Assembly: GCA_965198115.1 (NCBI GenBank)
Contig: OZ240241.1
Coordinates: 5,248,001 to 5,312,000, forward strand
Direction: 5' to 3'
DNA from: Candidatus Latescibacterota bacterium
GTDB taxonomy: Bacteria > Latescibacterota > UBA2968
DNA length: 64,000 nt
In this document: positions 8,905 to 18,438 of the stretch, in pieces
How the letters are laid out: each line of letters starts with the position of its first letter
How positions within the stretch are numbered: position 1 is the stretch's first letter
Position numbers and translations under genes: made by a program
The notes under the pieces: generated by a model
Told to the model about the DNA's origin: nothing
The model's input: only the letters and a program-made list of their open reading frames with translations
Database searches by the model: none

Positions 8905-10518
8905 ATGCAAGTCGATACACCAACCGATCTGCACGCCCTCAATTTCGACAACCGCTTCGTACACGAACTGCCTGCCGATCCCGAAGGCGAAAACTACCGC
9001 CGCCAGGTCACGGCCGCCTGCTACTCCCGCGTGGTTCCGATCCAGATGCCCAATCCGAAGCTCGTCGCGTATGCGCGCGAAATGGTCGAGGAAATCGACC
9101 TCTCGCAAGATGTGTGCGAATCTGACGACTTTCTTCACATCTTCGCGGGCAACCGGATCCTCGAAGGAATGGATCCGTTCGCGATGTGCTATGGCGGCCA
9201 CCAGTTCGGCAATTGGGCCGGCCAGCTCGGAGATGGCCGGGCCATCAACCTCGGTGAGGTCGTCAATCGCGAGGGTAAGCGGTGGGTTCTTCAGCTGAAG
9301 GGGGCTGGGCCTACCCCTTATTCGAGAACAGCCGATGGGCTCGCGGTCCTGCGATCCTCCGTGCGTGAGTTTCTATGCAGCGAAGCGATGCACCATCTCG
9401 GCGTTCCCACGACCCGCGCACTATCACTCGTGTTGTCGGGCAACGACGTTGTCCGCGATATGTTTTACGATGGCCATCCAAAGGCCGAGCCAGGCGCCAT
9501 CGTCTGCCGTGTATCCCCCTCCTTCATCCGCTTCGGCAACTTCCAGATCCACGCGTCTCGCGGCGAAATCGACGTGTTACGCCGGCTGGTCGACTACACG
9601 ATCCGCGTCGACTTTCCGCATCTCGGTGATCCAGCGACAGAAACGATCGTTCGGATGTATGAGGAAGTGATCAGCAGGACAGCAGAAATGGTCGTCCATT
9701 GGATGCGCGTCGGGTTCGTCCACGGCGTGATGAACACGGACAACATGTCCATCCTCGGCTTGACGATCGACTACGGGCCCTATGGTTGGCTGGAGGACTA
9801 CGATCCGGACTGGACACCAAACACCACCGACGCTGGGGGGCGCCGCTATCGTTACGGCCACCAACCGCAGATCGCCCAGTGGAACCTGATGATGCTCGGC
9901 AACGCCCTGGCCCCACTGTTGGACGACGTCAAACCGCTCCAGGAGGTTCTCGACGGGTTCACCAAGCTATGCGAAGACGCCTGGCACGACACGCTCGCTC
10001 GGAAACTCGGCCTGAAGGCCTATCGCAAAGCAACCGACGACGAGCTCACGTCCGACCTACTGGCGCTGCTGCCGCTCGTCGAGACCGATATGACCATTTT
10101 CTTCCGCCAGTTGGCGAATGTCGAACTCACACCCGAATCCGAAAATCCGTCTGAGGCCGATCTGATTGCACCCGTTCTGGATGCGTATTACCAGCCAGAT
10201 GCACTGACAGAGGAGTACCACGCCCGGTTCACGCACTGGATGCGGCGCTACCTCGCGCGTCTCGAGCACGACGGAACGCCAAACGACGTTCGCCGCGAGC
10301 GAATGAACGCCGTCAATCCGAAGTATGTGTTGAGGAACTACATTGCTCAGTTGGCCATCGACAAAGCCGAGGAAGGTGATTTCTCGTTGGTCAACGACCT
10401 GCTCGAGCTCCTACGTCATCCCTATGAGGAGCAACCCGGACAGGAGGAATTCGCACAGAAGCGCCCGGAGTGGGCGCGACATCGAGCGGGGTGCTCGATG
10501 TTGTCGTGTAGCTCGTAG
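8905..10518 (+). CDS. selO: Protein adenylyltransferase SelO (YdiU/UPF0061)
   Basis: YGGHQFG...QLGDGRA, LQLKGAGPTPYSRTADGLAVLRSS, GFVHGVMNTDNMS, VNPKYVLRNY, and C-terminal CSMLSCSS. Confidence 0.96.
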   Translation: MQVDTPTDLHALNFDNRFVHELPADPEGENYRRQVTAACYSRVVPIQMPNPKLVAYAREMVEEIDLSQDVCESDDFLHIFAGNRILEGMDPFAMCYGGHQFGNWAGQLGDGRAINLGEVVNREGKRWVLQLKGAGPTPYSRTADGLAVLRSSVREFLCSEAMHHLGVPTTRALSLVLSGNDVVRDMFYDGHPKAEPGAIVCRVSPSFIRFGNFQIHASRGEIDVLRRLVDYTIRVDFPHLGDPATETIVRMYEEVISRTAEMVVHWMRVGFVHGVMNTDNMSILGLTIDYGPYGWLEDYDPDWTPNTTDAGGRRYRYGHQPQIAQWNLMMLGNALAPLLDDVKPLQEVLDGFTKLCEDAWHDTLARKLGLKAYRKATDDELTSDLLALLPLVETDMTIFFRQLANVELTPESENPSEADLIAPVLDAYYQPDALTEEYHARFTHWMRRYLARLEHDGTPNDVRRERMNAVNPKYVLRNYIAQLAIDKAEEGDFSLVNDLLELLRHPYEEQPGQEEFAQKRPEWARHRAGCSMLSCSS

Positions 10519-10560
10519 CGGTGCGGCTGGCGCCGTACCGGGTGTTCGGGGAAACCAATC

Positions 10561-10690
10561 TGTCCCCGCGCAGAGCACGGGGACAAGCACACGCGCATTC
10601 ATCGACTGGGCCCGGTCCTCTGGCAACCGTGAAAACCAGGCCCGGTTAAGTGAAATCCACACCCTCGCCCCCGTGCTCAGCACGGGGGCA
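10561..10690. repeat. ~130-bp tripartite REP-doublet element (family A), copy 1
   Basis: TGTCCCCGCGCAGAGCACGGGGACA - spacer - GGGCCCGGT - spacer - ACCAGGCCC - spacer - CGCCCCCGTGCTCAGCACGGGGGC. Confidence 0.85.
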
Positions 10691-10705
10691 CTAAACACTG
10701 AACAC

Positions 10706-11488
10706 CTAGTTCGTGTAACAGGACAACAACCCCCCATCCACAGGCAGGCTGACTCCGGTAATGCATCCCGCCGCCGGCGAACAGAGGAACACCGCCGCAC
10801 GCCCGATGTCCTCCGGCGTGCCACGCCGACGCAGGGGAATCGCACCATACAAATCCTCCTGAACGTCTCCGATCTCGGGCGGATCCGTGCCAAAGATGTG
10901 GGTTGTGTCCATATGACCGGGCAGGATGGCATTGCATCGGATCCCGTGTTCTCCCAGATCGACCGCCATACTCTGCGTCAGCCGCAGCACCCCTGCTTTC
11001 GCAGCCCCGTAGGCCGTGTCCGTCTTCCACGCCCGCTGTCCGTGAACCGATGACGTGCTCACGATTGCCCCGCCCTCTCCCTGCTTGACCATGGCACGAG
11101 CCGCCTGTTGACTGCACAGGTAGAAGCCTTTCAAGCCGACATCCAGGTTCGCATCCCAGTTCTCTTCCGTCAGCTCCAGAAAAGGCTGTCCCGTTCCTCC
11201 ATACGGATTGTTCGCCAGAAAATCGATCCGACCGAACCGTTTGAGGAAGGCCGTGAACATCACTTCGACCTGAGCACTGTCCGAAATATCACCCGCGAAG
11301 AATTCGGTCTCACGACCCTTCTCGCGGATCAGACGCATCGTCTCTTCGCCATCGTCGTCCAGCTCCAGATCGTTGATACCCACGTCACAGCCCGCCTCCG
11401 CGAAGGCCAGGGCGATCCCTCGACCGATTCGGCGTTTGCCGCCAGTCACCAAGGCTTTCTTTCCTTCCAGCGAATGGGGATTCGGCAT
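10706..11488 (-). CDS. SDR family NAD(P)-dependent oxidoreductase
   Basis: VTGGKRRIG, catalytic YGAAK, NAILPG, ITGVSLPVDGG motifs. GGAGG RBS. Confidence 0.93.
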   Translation of the reverse strand: MPNPHSLEGKKALVTGGKRRIGRGIALAFAEAGCDVGINDLELDDDGEETMRLIREKGRETEFFAGDISDSAQVEVMFTAFLKRFGRIDFLANNPYGGTGQPFLELTEENWDANLDVGLKGFYLCSQQAARAMVKQGEGGAIVSTSSVHGQRAWKTDTAYGAAKAGVLRLTQSMAVDLGEHGIRCNAILPGHMDTTHIFGTDPPEIGDVQEDLYGAIPLRRRGTPEDIGRAAVFLCSPAAGCITGVSLPVDGGLLSCYTN

Positions 11489-11631
11489 ATTCAAACCTCC
11501 AGGTTTCGCGATGGATCGATCATCATCATCATCTGCTCGCCCGAGGATAACTATGCAGGCACCTGCACGCACATACATTATCTTGTTTGAATGACACTCG
11601 CACGGTAACCGCTGCCCGAAGGGGATTAACG

Positions 11632-12639
11632 ATGGAAGCTTTTCTCGATTCTACTGACGTACTGAATGATGCAGCTGGACTTCGCTCGCGTGCAGAGCGC
11701 GATGGGTATCTCTATCTACGTGGGCTGCTCTCGTCCGAGATGGTCGAGAGCCTCCGTCTGAAGATTCTGGGCATCGCGGCGGAAGCGGGCTGGGTACAAA
11801 CTGACCATCCTCTCGAAGAGGCGTTCGCTGACCTGAACGGTTTCTGCGTCGAACCCAATCTCGACTATATGGATGTCTACGCTCGGATGTACGCATTACC
11901 CGACTTTCACGCCATTCAGCATCATCCGAATCTCATCGCGGTGATGGAGGCCATCCTTGGAGACAAGGTCATTCCCCATCCGAGGATCATAGGACGCACG
12001 ATCTTCCCTCAAAAGGAAGCCTACACCACACCGCCTCACCAGGATTTCATTCCCATCCAGGGGACCGCCGACACGTTCACGGCCTGGTTTCCTTTGACCG
12101 ATCTCCCTGCCGAAATGGGGGGTCTCCAAATCTCCTCAGGCTCCCACAAGGAAGGGGTCTACAATTTTGAACCCGCGATGGGTGCGGGAGGAATGGCCAT
12201 CACGGATCAGCTCGAGGGCCCGTGGGTCACCAACTCCTTCGAACAGGGCGACGTCCTCGTTTTCCACAGTCTCGCCGTGCACAAGGGTGTCCCGAACTCG
12301 TCCGACCGTCTCCGAATGTCGATGGACGCGCGCTATTCACGCGTCGCCGACCCGATTGCACCCGGCAGCCTCCTCCCCCACAGCCAGCCAAACACGTGGG
12401 AAAACATCTACAGTGGATGGGAAGACGAGGATCTTCAGTATTACTGGCAAGAATGGGATCTCGAGATCAAGGAATACGACAACAGCTATTACGAAAAACG
12501 TGACGAGCTCGCGTTCGAAATGGCCGAGCGAGGCGATGACACGGCCCGCTCGGCTCTCCAGCGCGTCGTCGCCCGCGACACGGACCCGGCGAAGATCGAA
12601 CGGGCGGAAAAATTGCTGGCGCATTTGGATGCGCAATGA
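11632..12639 (+). CDS. PhyH family Fe(II)/2-oxoglutarate dioxygenase
   Basis: RDGYLYLR, TPPHQD, TAWFPL, GDVLVFHSLAVHKG..N...LRMSMD.RY motifs. Confidence 0.9.
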   Translation: MEAFLDSTDVLNDAAGLRSRAERDGYLYLRGLLSSEMVESLRLKILGIAAEAGWVQTDHPLEEAFADLNGFCVEPNLDYMDVYARMYALPDFHAIQHHPNLIAVMEAILGDKVIPHPRIIGRTIFPQKEAYTTPPHQDFIPIQGTADTFTAWFPLTDLPAEMGGLQISSGSHKEGVYNFEPAMGAGGMAITDQLEGPWVTNSFEQGDVLVFHSLAVHKGVPNSSDRLRMSMDARYSRVADPIAPGSLLPHSQPNTWENIYSGWEDEDLQYYWQEWDLEIKEYDNSYYEKRDELAFEMAERGDDTARSALQRVVARDTDPAKIERAEKLLAHLDAQ

Positions 12640-12658
12640 TGTTTCCGTGCACTCATAG

Positions 12659-12788
12659 CGCCCCCGGGCAGAGCCCAGGGGCGAGCGTTTCGAATACTGT
12701 TAGCAGGGCCCGGTGTTAACCGTACCCTGAGACCGGGCCCAATCAACCGACCTACTCGCGCTCGTCCCCGTGCTCCGCACGGGGACGC
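12659..12788. repeat. ~130-bp tripartite REP-doublet element (family A), copy 2
   Basis: Same architecture as 10561-10690, with GGGCCCGGT/ACCGGGCCC core. Confidence 0.85.
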
Positions 12789-12809
12789 AATACGTGGAGA
12801 AACCCATCA

Positions 12810-13859
12810 ATGCCCATCATCCAGCACACCATCCTACGCCCTTTCGGCTACGCCCTCTTTGAAGCCGCCGGTCTCCCTACCGACCAGGCAAAAATTGCGA
12901 TGGACCATCTCGTCGACGCCAATCTCACCGGCCACGATTCCCACGGCGTCATCCGCACGCCCGGCTACGTCCGCGGGGTCCATTCGGGCGGAACCAAACC
13001 CGCGGGCAATCACAAAATCGTTCGCGAGACCCCGACGTCGATGACCATCGACGCGAACAAGAGCTTTGGCATCGTCCTCTGCAACCAGGCGATGCAGTGG
13101 GCGGTCGACCGGGCGAAGGAATACACGTTCGGTGCTGTCGCCGTCCACCAATCCAGTCACATCGGCCGCCTTGGCGATTATCCTCCCCTTGCGGCGGAGC
13201 AAGATTGCATTGGCCTCCTGATGCTCAACGGCGGGGGACGCTGGGCTGCTCCTTTCGGCGGAACGGGGCGACGGTTGCCACCCAATCCGATCGCCTTCAG
13301 CGCGCCGACGCCTGAGGGTCCACCTCTGATGCTGGATATGACCACGAGTATGGTCGCCGGCGGCAAGATTCATCTGGCCCTTGCTCGCGGCGAGCAGGTC
13401 CCCGAGGGCTGGCTTGTCGATCAGGATGGCAACACGACCACCGACCCGCAGCTCTGGCGAGATCGGAAGGCAGCTGTTTTCCCGATCGGTCATCCCGTTA
13501 CCGGGCACAAAGGCTATGGACTAGGAATGATGATCGACGCCATCGCAGGCGGTCTTTCCTGGGCGGGCTGCAGCGCCGAGCAACCGACTCGTGGTGGCAG
13601 CGGCTACATCGCGATTGCCATCAAGATCGAGGCCTTCATCGACCTCGACGAATACAAGAAAGAAATCGGGATCCTCATCGACTGGGTCAAGTCGTCACCC
13701 CTGATGCCCGGTTTTGACAAGATCTACTATCCCGGTGAGATCGAAGCTGAGACGCGTGCGAAGCGTGAAGCCGAGGGGATCTACATCGAAGATTCCTCGT
13801 GGAACAACATTCTCGAAGTGGCCGATGAACTGAGTGTTCCACACCCATCCGAGTCTTGA
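12810..13859 (+). CDS. Ldh_2 family (malate/L-sulfolactate dehydrogenase-like) oxidoreductase
   Basis: GHDSHG, HIGRLG.Y, NPIAF..P, LDMTTS, GHKGYGL, and YPGE motifs. Confidence 0.92.
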   Translation: MPIIQHTILRPFGYALFEAAGLPTDQAKIAMDHLVDANLTGHDSHGVIRTPGYVRGVHSGGTKPAGNHKIVRETPTSMTIDANKSFGIVLCNQAMQWAVDRAKEYTFGAVAVHQSSHIGRLGDYPPLAAEQDCIGLLMLNGGGRWAAPFGGTGRRLPPNPIAFSAPTPEGPPLMLDMTTSMVAGGKIHLALARGEQVPEGWLVDQDGNTTTDPQLWRDRKAAVFPIGHPVTGHKGYGLGMMIDAIAGGLSWAGCSAEQPTRGGSGYIAIAIKIEAFIDLDEYKKEIGILIDWVKSSPLMPGFDKIYYPGEIEAETRAKREAEGIYIEDSSWNNILEVADELSVPHPSES

Positions 13860-13871
13860 TAGGAGCATCCA

Positions 13872-14711
13872 ATGCTTCAACAGCTGAATCATGTGGTGAT
13901 GGCGGTTGAAGATCCCGAAGCCTGTCGCGCGTTCTACACGTCCTTGCTCGACTTGACCGAGGTTGAAAGCGACGAGGCAGGCGTGTTCCTGAAGATCGGA
14001 CCCACGATCCTAGAACTGCGTCAGGATACCTCGAAAGCCGCGGCGGTCGATCAACCGTCCATCGACCACTTCGCACTCAATGTGAGCAGCATCGACAACA
14101 CCTACGACGCGTTGAAGGAACAGGTCGGTTTCAGGGCGCCACCCCAAACGACAGAGGTCGGCCACCGGAATATGCAGCGGGCCCTGCTCGCGTTCGAGGA
14201 TCCAAACGGATTCACCTACCAGATCGCGGAGACCGTCGACACGCGAGAGCACCTGGAGGCAAGACGCGAGGCCAAGCGACAGATGGCCACATCGAGAACA
14301 GGTGATGAACTCTTCAACGGCTTCGATCACATCTCCACTTACTGCACGGACTTCGCAGCGACCCGCTCGTTCTACGTCGACCAGCTTGGCCTCGAGGAGT
14401 TCTTCTACAGCAACACACGTGAAGAGGGCGAGGTCGTCGCAGCGGGATTCGAACAGGCCGCATTCGCGATCGGTGGAACGGACATCGAAGTGGCGACAGA
14501 TGAAAACTGGAACAACGTTCAGCCAGGGCGAGTCAAGATGCTCGGGTTCGCGACGGACGACGTCGATGCGATCTACTCAAAGCTGAGGGAGCGAGGAGCA
14601 GAGACGGAGAACGATCCCGCAGAGAATACGATCTACGGAAACGTTCGTGCGAGGTCTTTCAGCCTCCTCGACCCGAACGGCCTGACCATCCAGATCAGTC
14701 GGTCTCTTTGA
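13872..14711 (+). CDS. Two-domain VOC/glyoxalase family protein
   Basis: LNHVVMAV..FY..LL, IDHFAL, EDPNG, and a second module FDHIS..FY..LGL..LDPNG. Confidence 0.85.
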   Translation: MLQQLNHVVMAVEDPEACRAFYTSLLDLTEVESDEAGVFLKIGPTILELRQDTSKAAAVDQPSIDHFALNVSSIDNTYDALKEQVGFRAPPQTTEVGHRNMQRALLAFEDPNGFTYQIAETVDTREHLEARREAKRQMATSRTGDELFNGFDHISTYCTDFAATRSFYVDQLGLEEFFYSNTREEGEVVAAGFEQAAFAIGGTDIEVATDENWNNVQPGRVKMLGFATDDVDAIYSKLRERGAETENDPAENTIYGNVRARSFSLLDPNGLTIQISRSL

Positions 14712-14739
14712 CACTGACCATCGAATTGAGGAAGGAAGT

Positions 14740-15477
14740 ATGCTGACCGAGAAGCAGGTCTTTCACTTCAAGACTTTTGGATTCCTCGTTATGCGTCAGG
14801 TCTTCACACCCGATGAGCTTCGTACCCTCAACGCAGAGTTCGAGTCGAAGCTGGAAGCCGCCTACTCGCATATGCCCTTCGACGGCACGAAACGCCACTG
14901 GGTTCCGATGCTCGGCCCGGAGACGCCTTTCTATGCAGGACTCCTGGAGGATCCCAGATTCAGCGAATCCGCCGAACAATTCTTCGACGAGAATGTGTTC
15001 GGCATCGTCTGCGACGCCAACCGCTACGTCGGAGACACGCGCTGGCATCCGGATACCAAGAGCCACCGCCAGTATGGCGTCAAGTTCGCCTTCTATCTCG
15101 AACCCGTCGGCGCGGAAACCGGCGCCCTCCGCGTTCTGGCTGGGTCGCACAAGCAACCCTATCACGACGAGTTGAGGCAGGCCAGGGAAGAAGATCGGCT
15201 CGAGCTCGCCGAAATGCCGGCTTACGTGTGTGAATCCGAGCCCGGCGACGTCGTCGCTTTCGATTTGCGAACCTGGCACGCCAGCCTGGGAGGCGCCGAC
15301 GATCGACGGATGTGTACGCTCGTCTACTACAACTACCCGAAGAACGCCGACACCTTCGCCAGATTCGGCCTGCCTCCGCAGCCAAAATATCCGGAGGCGT
15401 GGGTGGCCAACACGTCGAACCACCCGAAGCGGGCAAAGTGGATCGAAACGATGAAAGAGCTCCAGTTCATTCGGTGA
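14740..15477 (+). CDS. PhyH family Fe(II)/2-oxoglutarate dioxygenase
   Basis: FKTFGFLV, WHPD, GALRVLAGSH, PGDVVAFD...WHAS..G..RRM motifs. Confidence 0.9.
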   Translation: MLTEKQVFHFKTFGFLVMRQVFTPDELRTLNAEFESKLEAAYSHMPFDGTKRHWVPMLGPETPFYAGLLEDPRFSESAEQFFDENVFGIVCDANRYVGDTRWHPDTKSHRQYGVKFAFYLEPVGAETGALRVLAGSHKQPYHDELRQAREEDRLELAEMPAYVCESEPGDVVAFDLRTWHASLGGADDRRMCTLVYYNYPKNADTFARFGLPPQPKYPEAWVANTSNHPKRAKWIETMKELQFIR

Positions 15478-15769
15478 GTGTCGGCCGCAGACGATCAGGA
15501 GCAGAGCGATATCCGAAATCCGAGAGATGGTCTCAGATTTCCGAGAGAGAGACATCTATGTAGTCCAGACACCTGCATCTGGACTAGCAAACTCGCTCTA
15601 CGTCGATTGGCCAGACTGAGGGTTTGATCTTCGATCGTTGACTGCATATTCTTCTCGCCAGCCAGTCAAACAAGCCTGACGGAAGAACCGATACACATTG
15701 CCCGTTCCGGCGGGCGATCCAGCTCAGGGAAATCGCGTTTCCCAGGGTTAGATCGCTCGCTTTTTTTGT

Positions 15770-17189
15770 GGCTATATCCGGATCTCTCAACGAGATGAAG
15801 TGGGTGAAGGTGCCGTGGTTCCTGGCATGGGGGCGCGGTTAGAGTGTGCGGAACCTCTTCGGAATCTGCTCAGGGATGTTTATGTCTCCGACGGTAAGGA
15901 AGATCATATCGTTGAATGCGTCGAGTGTGCGGAATCCGCTGGCTCGGTTCTTGACGATTTGGACGATTCGGTTGAGGCCTTCGGCGATGGCGTTGGTAAG
16001 ACGCGTGTTCACGAATGCGAGGACGCCGAAGAAGTGCTGTCGCAGGGTCCTGACGAACTTTCGCAGGGGTTCAAGTCGACTTCTGAGTGCGGACGTCGTC
16101 CAGCATTTCAGGAAGCGTTCGGCAGCCCAGGGCGCTTTGTATTCCCAGAACTGCTCGAACTCGTCCTTGAGTCTCCAGGCTCTATAGATTCGGTAGTTCG
16201 CCTTCTCCAGTGCTTTGAGTGTCCGAGTATCCCCTCTGGAGCGTGTCGCTGAGTGCCGGTAGAGGAGCCATCGGAGGCCCTTCATGGCTTTGCGCTCATC
16301 CGGGGCAGCTTTACGCCACTGGTCCTTACGGACCTCGTCAACGGCGGCATTGAGAGCCTTGACGATGTGAAAGCGATCGAGGACCAGCTTGGCATTCGGA
16401 CAGTGTTCCTGGATGGCTCCGATGTAAGCTTCGCTCATGTCGCAGCGGGCCCACTCGATCTTGGATCTCCGGTAGGGACTGAGAGCCTCTGTGAAGAACC
16501 GATCGATCGTTTTACGCGCCCTGCCGCGGCCAACCCACACCACGCAGGAGCGGTCCAGATCGTAAACGAGCGTGGCGTACCTGTGACGCTTGGCGTAGGA
16601 GATCTCGTCGATCCCGATGGTTTTGAGCCCTCGGATACGATGACCTTCACGAAGCCGCGTGATGGATCGGTGACGGAGATCCGACAGCGTCGAGGCAGAG
16701 ATGCGCAGCAACTCGGACGCCGCCTTCTGCGTCATGGTCTGGCAGTAGCGCAGCATGGCATACTCGAAGCGATACGTCACCCGAGAGAACCGCTCCGCCC
16801 ACGGAATCTCCTCGACCACACGACCGTGGGTAGGACACCGAATCTCCCGAGGATGGTAGAGAAGCCAGACCCTCCACCCGCACACCGGAATGTCACGCCA
16901 CCGACGCGGATGGGGCATTGTGCGGACGATTTTACCTCGACGGCCGCACTCCGGACAACAACAACCATTCTTATGTGGCTTTACGGCGATGACGAAACAG
17001 CTTCTCCCCTCAAACCACCAGCTGACAACACGGAACCCCTTGAATCTCAGCAGTTTCGATAGTAATCTGCTCCCGGTCATAGGTCGCACCCCCTTCGCTT
17101 TGATTGTCCTACACACACAACCAAGCGTAGGGAACGATCTATGACCTTGTCATTCTATAGTTTCACCGTTGAGAAACCCGGATAGAGCC
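15770..17189 (-). mobile_element. ISL3 family insertion sequence (~1420 bp)
   Basis: 23-bp imperfect terminal inverted repeats GGCTATATCCGGATCTCTCAACG / GGCTCTATCCGGGTTTCTCAACG (20/23) around a single transposase. No target duplication found. Confidence 0.9.
15839..17080 (-). CDS. ISL3 family transposase
   Basis: CPECG zinc finger, IGIDE, CDM...Y, DRFHIVK, and TNAIAEGLN motifs. Confidence 0.95.
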   Translation of the reverse strand: MTGSRLLSKLLRFKGFRVVSWWFEGRSCFVIAVKPHKNGCCCPECGRRGKIVRTMPHPRRWRDIPVCGWRVWLLYHPREIRCPTHGRVVEEIPWAERFSRVTYRFEYAMLRYCQTMTQKAASELLRISASTLSDLRHRSITRLREGHRIRGLKTIGIDEISYAKRHRYATLVYDLDRSCVVWVGRGRARKTIDRFFTEALSPYRRSKIEWARCDMSEAYIGAIQEHCPNAKLVLDRFHIVKALNAAVDEVRKDQWRKAAPDERKAMKGLRWLLYRHSATRSRGDTRTLKALEKANYRIYRAWRLKDEFEQFWEYKAPWAAERFLKCWTTSALRSRLEPLRKFVRTLRQHFFGVLAFVNTRLTNAIAEGLNRIVQIVKNRASGFRTLDAFNDMIFLTVGDINIPEQIPKRFRTL

Positions 17190-17275
17190 GAATATCTCTC
17201 CATCTCATATATCTGAACTCGGACATCGGATCTCTGATATCGCTTTTTTACACACTCAAGAGGATGCACGCATCC

Positions 17276-18250
17276 ATGCCAAAGCTCAACGTGCTGTATC
17301 TGCCGATGAAGGTCCTGGATGGCCAGTGGGGCGAAGAGGTCATCAAAGCCGTCAGCGAGAATCACAACCTCGCTGTTCTGAACGACGGCCCGATCGCCCC
17401 GCAGTTCGGTGGCATCGACGTCGTCATCGATCACGGCGGAAGTGTCAGTACCCGGGAGATGATGGACGCCGCCGCCGAATCCGGCGTGAAGTTCTGGCAG
17501 GTCTTGGGAACCGGCTTCGACCACTTCGATCTGGATTACATCAAGGCGAAAGGTATCCCTGTCGGTAACTGTCCCGGTTTCTTCAGCAGCATTCCCCTCG
17601 CCGAAACGGCGATGATGTACATCCTGATGCTCGCCCACCACTACCGTCAGGGCGCTCAGAACTTCCAGAATGAAATCCTCTACCAACCCATCGGACGCGA
17701 ACTCGACGGCGCTGTCCTCGGCCTCCTCGGATTCGGCGCCAGCGGCCAGGATCTTGCCCGTCGTGCGAAGGCCTTCGGGATGCGCATCCACGCTACCGAC
17801 ATCCGCGAAATCGAACCCGAAATCCTCGACGAAATCCAGCCCGATTTCCTCGGCACGCCCGAAGACACCGATCGCATCTGCGCCGAAGCCGACTACCTCT
17901 CCGTCCACCTCCACCTGAACACCGAAACACGTCACACCATCGATGCCCGCCGCATCGGCCTGATGAAACCGACCGCCTGTCTCATCAATGTCGCACGCGG
18001 CGCCCTCATCGACGAAGCCGCAATGCACCAAGCACTGCTCAACGACAAAATCGGCGGAGCCGGCATCGACGCCTACGAACGGGAACCCCCCGATCCAAAC
18101 GAGCCCGCCTACCAGCTCCCAAACGTCATCGTCACCCCCCACATCGCCGGCACCACGACGGGCACCGCGAAAAGACGCGCGCGATGCGCCGCCGACAACA
18201 TCGATCGCATCGCCGAGGGGCTCGAGCCGCTTTATCGGATCGACCAGTAG
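17276..18250 (+). CDS. D-isomer-specific 2-hydroxyacid dehydrogenase
   Basis: GTGFD, GFGASG, INVARG, DAYEREP, and TPHIAG (R-E-H triad). Confidence 0.92.
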   Translation: MPKLNVLYLPMKVLDGQWGEEVIKAVSENHNLAVLNDGPIAPQFGGIDVVIDHGGSVSTREMMDAAAESGVKFWQVLGTGFDHFDLDYIKAKGIPVGNCPGFFSSIPLAETAMMYILMLAHHYRQGAQNFQNEILYQPIGRELDGAVLGLLGFGASGQDLARRAKAFGMRIHATDIREIEPEILDEIQPDFLGTPEDTDRICAEADYLSVHLHLNTETRHTIDARRIGLMKPTACLINVARGALIDEAAMHQALLNDKIGGAGIDAYEREPPDPNEPAYQLPNVIVTPHIAGTTTGTAKRRARCAADNIDRIAEGLEPLYRIDQ

Positions 18251-18300
18251 TGGGACGTCGCCAATAGGCCTAGGGTTTGCCAGCAATTACGATGTGCTAA

Positions 18301-18430
18301 TGCGTCCCCGTGCGGAGCACGGGGACGAGCGTTGGGACTTGCCTATCACGGGCCCGGTATTCGCGCATCTCGAGCACCGGGCCCATCACAACTGAATGAA
18401 ATGCTTTCCCCGTGCTCCGCACGGGGACAC
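18301..18430. repeat. ~130-bp tripartite REP-doublet element (family A), copy 3
   Basis: GCGTCCCCGTGCGGAGCACGGGGACGAGCG...GGGCCCGGT...ACCGGGCCC...TCCCCGTGCTCCGCACGGGGA. Confidence 0.85.
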
Positions 18431-18438
18431 TGTAGCAA

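Noticed and set aside
10490-10518. Selenocysteine in SelO
   Set aside because: The C-terminus encodes CSMLSCSS with a TGT Cys and ends at TAG. There is no in-frame TGA.
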